From Trichosphaerium sp. ATCC 40318 (Eukaryota > Protista > Tubulinea): DNA of 52,669 nucleotides. Below are positions 46,676-52,669 of the stretch, in pieces. Location: the NCBI GenBank assembly GCA_038496445.1, contig JALMLS010000445.1:1-52669 (forward strand), read 5' to 3'. Within the stretch, counting starts at the first letter, position 1; each line of letters begins with the position of its first letter. The notes under the pieces are model-generated. The model had not been told where the DNA came from. It made no database searches and worked only from the letters and a program-made list of their open reading frames with translations. Both the position numbers and the translations under genes were made by a program.

Positions 46676-49600
46676 TTAACGTTTCTGGTGGCGAATAAAA
46701 CGAAGTGCTAGCATAGCAATAATAACAAAAACAAAGTATATGCCATATAATACAACCATATCAATCCATTTCAAGTCAACATTCATTTCGAAAGCATCAA
46801 TTATGATATTTCCGTTTGTGATAGGACAATAGAATTGCGTCACATTCATTCCTGATTCTGATTGGAATGATATAGGTATTGCACCAACGTTACCCTAAAT
46901 GTGAGTAAGAGACTGGGTGCACCAAATATTGTGGATCGGAACAACAAAAAACACGAAAAAAAAACAGAAAAAAAATACAAAGATAGCGTACAGGGCATTC
47001 AAATACACGATCTTTTAATTCATTGATTGAAAGCGCTTCAAGAGAGTAGTGTATGAATGAAATCCAATACCACCATCCAAACCAATCTAAGCTCATAGTT
47101 AGTGCTGGTAAGAGAGTACCCACATGGAGTTGTGTCGAATGGAAACGTGGCTATTTAAGCCAATAAAGCTTGCGAAATAGAAACAAACGTACTTGGCATG
47201 GCACTTCTAACGGTGATGAATCCAGCAGTTAAGAAATTAAGTGTCAGGAAAGCAGAGAAAGACAAGTTTCCAACAGCAATGTTTGGTGTCAAGAAGCCTT
47301 TAACAAAAAAAGTTAACAAAACAGTTGCTTTAATATAAGAGTGATGATACTTACTGACAGCCAATGCGAATGCAGATGTAGCAAGCATAAGTCCAAAAGA
47401 TCCAAGCATGTAAAATAAATAAGCTGTAAAGGTAGGCTATAAAACAAAGTAAGCGAATCTTCTTTCACCAGGGTTTTGTTTTGTTTCGTACGTTCAAGCC
47501 AGCAAGAATATAAACGATAGTTGATGAAACAACGACCTAAGCAAACTTGTTATTATACAATACAATAAAAAATGTTGTCTAATATTAAAAAAACAGCCTG
47601 TGATTTGAGAGTCAAGGCAAATGAGTTTTAGTTCACTTACAGTAATAAGAATGGTTGGAAGATCAAGTAACACCATTCCCAGAACATAAGAAATTGAACT
47701 GTACATTCCAGCTGATTTCTCTCTGTAGTACACGGCACGTGTTTCATACGTCCTTTGAAAAGAAAATTAGTCAGCATCAGTGTACCCCAAGTAAGTTTGA
47801 AGATGAAGAAGAACAAGATACAAAATATGTTACTAGTAACATACCTTGGAATAATACCAAAAGCGAATAAATTCGCAAACAGAGCTGAGAAAAATACCAG
47901 ATTAACACGTTCATTTGCGCCAGTTTGATCATTAGCAGTTTGAAGGTATGTAAGACCTAAAAAAAGACAAATTAGTTACCAATTTCAAAAAAAAAGCACA
48001 AAACTCGGATAACTGTTGGGAGTTAAAACATACCTAGTAGCAATGAAACAAAAAGAGTACGAATAAATCCAAGTGTGAACTCAATTGGTTGTCTCCAAAA
48101 GTATCTCCACCAACGAGCTGAGTTTAGACTTAATTGGAGTGCAAAAGAAGCGTTGTACTATAATGTTTCATGTAAGTATTCAACAGTTAGTTAAAAGAGA
48201 ATGAAAATATAAGTCTGTTTTCACAAGATAAAAGGGTGAGTCTTACACGCTTGCTACGCTTTGCAGGAGGAGCAGGATTTTTATGAAGCTTCTTCAAATC
48301 TTTCTTCAGTTTTATTCCTAGTTTGGTATCTTTGAATTGATCTGGTAGGCTTCTATCGTCATCTTTGGATTTGAGTTTAGATGAAGCAATATCCAATACA
48401 ACATCTGCTGGATTTTGTTGGTTTGGTATCGTATATCCAAGGTTCTTGAAGTGGTTAAGAAGTGCTAAAATATATGTCAATAGAAACGCAATCAAAAAAA
48501 ACCAAGGTTATCACCGTGGCTCTACGTACTTTTTGATCTGTCCCCTGTTGGTCCAAAATATACTTGTATACCTCCTCTCTTCAGTAGAAGTAAATGGGAG
48601 CATCTATCAAATATACGTGTTGAAGGTTGATGGATTGTGCAGACAACAGAACATCCTTCTTTTGCAATATTCGCAATAGCAGTCATTACTTCATCAGCAC
48701 CTGCTGAGTCCAATCCTAAGCAAAGAGCGTAAGTTCTTATATTGTAATGATGCTAAGGAGTACCAGAAGTAGGTTCATCCAAGAAAATGACAGGAGGACT
48801 CACAACATACCTAAAGATGTTAATTTGAGAACAAACACAAAAAAAAAGGCTGCGTACTCAATGGCAATTGTAACTCTCTTTGCTTGAGCTTGAGATAGAT
48901 TCTCAACAAGCTCGTTTGCAATATCTACAAGATCTAGAACTTTCATTGTTCTTTGTAATGAATTAGACAAGACTTTCAACAATCTCATTTTACCTGTCTA
49001 TATGTGCGGCCATTGCAGCTTTCTCGTCATTTCCAGTGTATCTCAAACGAGCACTGAACTGAACTGTCTCAAAAACAGTTTGACTCTAAACCACGTGATG
49101 AGAAATAAAAAACAAAACATAATCCCGATAAGAAAGACTTACATGCATATGAACATCTGTTTGCTCACAATATCCAATTGAAGCTGCGAAACCACCTCCA
49201 GTTACAGCTCCATCAATCAATACTTCACCAGTGATACTACCAATATTCTTTCTTTGTGCAAGAACGTCCAAAAGAGTAGTTTTACCAGCACCAGAAGGTC
49301 TTGAAGGAGAAAAAGTCAAAACAATTAAACATCTTTTTTGTCACGTACCCCATGAGCGCCACAACCATACCTGGTTTGACATACCTAATTACAAAGTATT
49401 TAATAAATCGTGTTTTGGTACATAGAGATGGTGTATCTACATACCCGTTTATGTTGGTGAGTAATTGAATTGTCTTTGGCTTTCCAGGAACAAAGTAGTT
49501 CAACTACAACATTGTTAGTTTAAAGGTTAAACTTTAATCATCATCTCCTGACTTACGTCTTTCCAACTTAAAACAGCACCTTGAATCTCTTCTTTCAATA

Positions 49601-52579
49601 AAGCGTTGTCTTCTTCAAGATCAAACTCGAAAAGCTTCTCTAAAACGCTACGTAAGCACTTTGACTTTGATGAAATAAACCCGCTATTCATTTGGTAATA
49701 TCACTTGATATCAAACTTACTTGGTGTTGAACGGACTACCTCTTTTGGTATACTGAATCTCATTGCCAAATAAAGAGCAAAGTTCCAGAATACAACCCAG
49801 CCAAACAAACCAATTAACATATACCTATAAACGAACAAGTAAGCAATTTACACCAAGAATTGTTAAAGACCCTTACCATCTATCGTTAGCCCCACTCAAG
49901 AAGCTTCTGGATTCTAAAGCTTGTGTACCAGTTGTCAATGGGCAGACTTGGTTACCTTCATAAAAAAGGTTAAAAAGAGAAACTCATGTTGTTCAAACAA
50001 AAAAGTGTTTTTAAGTTAATTGGTTCACGTGTTTCTTCATACCCTCAAATCCGCCTTCTTCAAATGTTGCATTAAAAGTAGGAAGTATAGTAGGTGGTAC
50101 AAGATCATCAGCTACACAAAAGTGAGTAAATAACTCTATGTAAAGTCTATTAGTTTCAAGCACATACCGCTACATTCAAAAGTCAAAGGAAAGAATTCAT
50201 TGATGGCAATTGCGTTGAATGCGTAGAACATTGGGTTGATCCAAAATAGCCACACAAGGTATCCAGGTTGTTCTCCACGTTGTATCAAGAATCCTTAAGA
50301 GAAATCAGTACACTAAGAGCCAAAACAAGGTATTAAATACAACATACCACTGTACAAAATCAAAAACGCAATGACGTTTGATCCATAAACGAAAGCAGCC
50401 GATTGAGATGGACTAAGGTATGCAACAACCTGTATTATAGCGAGAACAGATAGATAAAGAAAGTATGAGGTCAACAAGAAGAAAAAGTATGCTCCAACAT
50501 CTGCACGAAGACCAGCTAGAAAAAAGTAAGTAACAGAAATATGACCAAAAAAAAAGTAAGGTAGGTACCCGCCCAGTATCCTATTGATCCAAATACGAAT
50601 ACCTGCCAGAATCCCCATACAGTTTCGTGAATAAGATCAACAATCATAAAAGGAACAACAGAATGCCAGTGTTGCTTTCGATGAAGATCAAATATCGGTC
50701 TCCACTAAAAGATAACAATCAACAATAAAACACCAAGGAAAGACTTCGCTAATGAGATACTTACCTGGAATATAGTACCAATAATACCAACACCCAGTAG
50801 ACCAATTTGATTGGACAAAGAGTACATGAAACCCAAGCGAAGTGCGATTTGATCGTAGTCTTCATCAAATCTGAAAAAGAAAAATCCGAGAATTAAGGCT
50901 TAGGCAAAGAGTAAGCAATAGTTCCGTCAAGTATAAATATAAATAGCTTTAAACAGCCAAAGTACAATGATAACGTACATAGGAATATGAGATTCAAAGT
51001 TATAACAATATACTTTGGTTTTTCTCTCCATGAATGAAGAAGTTTTCGATGAAGCAATAAGCCGATTTGTTCCATTGTTGTTGTATCATAAGGACTTGTT
51101 TCTTTTTTAGTACGAGAAATTGTTGTGGTTGCTGTTTTACTCGTATTAAGAGTCTCCCCTTTGTTGATCTCCTTTGTAATCTTCCTCTTTTCTTTTGACT
51201 CATTCCACTTGTAAATCAGCTCCGAACTAAACATATGATCAACAAAACTTAACATTCAAGCTCCTTTTTGCCATACCTTCTTGTTATCTTACACTTATCT
51301 GTTGCAAAATCGAGTGGATTGTCAACAAGAGTACTAAATTAGACGTGTAAGTTGTACAACCAGATACGATATTTTATGAACCTGAGGTATTCTCCAGCAT
51401 TGTAATCATCTGGACATTCAAATCCAAGTTTTTGGAAGTACGACTTTGCCTTATCACGTGGTCCCTTTTGATCATGTTAGTATTGAAAACCCATCATCGA
51501 AATAATATTTCACACTTACGGCATAAGCGATACGACCATTTGATAGAAGAATGACTTGATCGTAAAGGTTCAAAACCTTAAAACAAAAAATTAAAAAAAC
51601 CACTAAATGATTGAAGCGTTCATACCTCTTCAGCAGGCTGTAACAAGCTCGCCATTACCTATGATATCGCATTAGTAACGCTTACATGTATTAGTCACTA
51701 AAACGTACAGGTACACCTCCTTCTTGACTCAAAATCTGGAGAACTTTGGATAGTCTCAAAGCAGCCGCTGAATCCAAACCAGTTGTTGGTTCATCAAGTA
51801 GAAGAAAGTTTGGCTAAAATACAATAAGCTTTCAAACAGAAGGTAACGTTTGAGGAAACTCGCCCGTCTTAACCATGCAGCTCCTACTGTTACACGTCTC
51901 TTTTCACCTCCAGAAATACCTCTACACGACGTTAATACAAATTTGACACAATTTTTTTTGTTGGAGAATGAAGAAATTCTTGACTACCTGACAAGTGGTC
52001 CACCAACAATGGTATCAGCGCAATTGGTAAGCTCAAGTAGTTGAAGAATAACATTCGATATCCTCTCCACATCAGCTACAAACAGTAAGTAACAAAATCT
52101 CGTAAAAATAAAAAGTAAACCTGGTTGTACCTGCTGGAACACCTTGAAACCTCGCTGCAAAGTAGAATGTCTCACGGACTGTCAACAAAGGCAGATGAAC
52201 GTCTTGTTGTAAGGTATAACTGTAAAGCTTGTGAAACGTCCTTCCTGTGAATACCTTTCCAGGTACTTCAACATCAACAATACCAGTAATTGTCCCATCT
52301 CTAAGTAACATGTTAAAAAAAATAAAATACAAATGGTTTAATTGGAAGTTGTGAACAAATAACGCGAGCTAAAAAACATTTTGACTCCTTCATCTTAAAA
52401 AAGGTCAAATGACTGCTCTTCTAGGAGCTCCTAAGAGTGGTAAGACATCGTTACTTGATGTTATGGTTGGAACCAGGTATGTGACTTTTTTCTTTATTGT
52501 AATTTTTTTTGAATACTGTAAAATCAGCCTCACTCAAATACAACGTTCTGTATAACGAAGACACGTAAAACTCCGTCAT
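46676..52579 (-). CDS. Full-length ABCG (PDR-type, NBD-TMD-NBD-TMD) transporter, many introns
   Basis: NBD1 [42 protein letters not shown]2 ALMG|[44 protein letters not shown]|GLDS, CTIHQPS. Two TMD blocks. Ends LRFIRHQKR* at 46676. Putative ATG 52579. The NBD1 Walker-A exon lies on the + strand (52403-52476). Confidence 0.9.
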
Positions 52580-52669
52580 TTTATGTCGTACTTTAGTTTT
52601 TATTCATTTTTTATTTTCGTATTCGCGCACGTGCGCTTGGCTTGGTGGTTTTACGCATTGAAAAAAGTG

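Noticed and set aside
1-52669. Alternative genetic code explaining the fragmented ORFs
   Set aside because: TAA, TAG and TGA all appear as terminators, and breaks are explained by introns or homopolymer indels.

Overview
AT-rich (roughly one-third GC by eye), intron-dense nuclear DNA of a eukaryotic microbe. It uses the standard code and has short introns of about 35-60 nt, GT-AG with some GC-AG, plus several micro-exons. The Rab32-type GTPase, G-alpha and full-length ABCG suit a free-living phagotrophic protist, but the taxon cannot be fixed. Homopolymer-associated frameshifts suggest some consensus errors. The window is a rearranged island of ubiquitin-system, signalling and defence-like genes. 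(1) A family of ankyrin / UBR-type zinc finger / PARP-type ADP-ribosyltransferase (H-Y-E) / coiled-coil genes: two full copies and two partial pieces, with one ankyrin repeat per exon and variable repeat number. (2) A ~2.8-kb inverted duplication (ART 3' half plus a ricin-B lectin gene) enclosing a divergent actin that lacks the D-loop. (3) Intronless hypervariable F-box/LRR genes, F-box/MORN genes and another F-box gene. (4) An intron-containing CMC (CACTA/Plavaka-like) transposase. (5) A GIY-YIG/T5orf172-like domain spliced to a multi-pass membrane domain. (6) An atypical G-alpha (catalytic Gln to His) spliced in frame to two BTB domains, an architecture parallel to RhoBTB. (7) A PDR-type ABCG gene whose first Walker-A exon lies on the opposite strand. 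All gene models are manual reconstructions without database searches.
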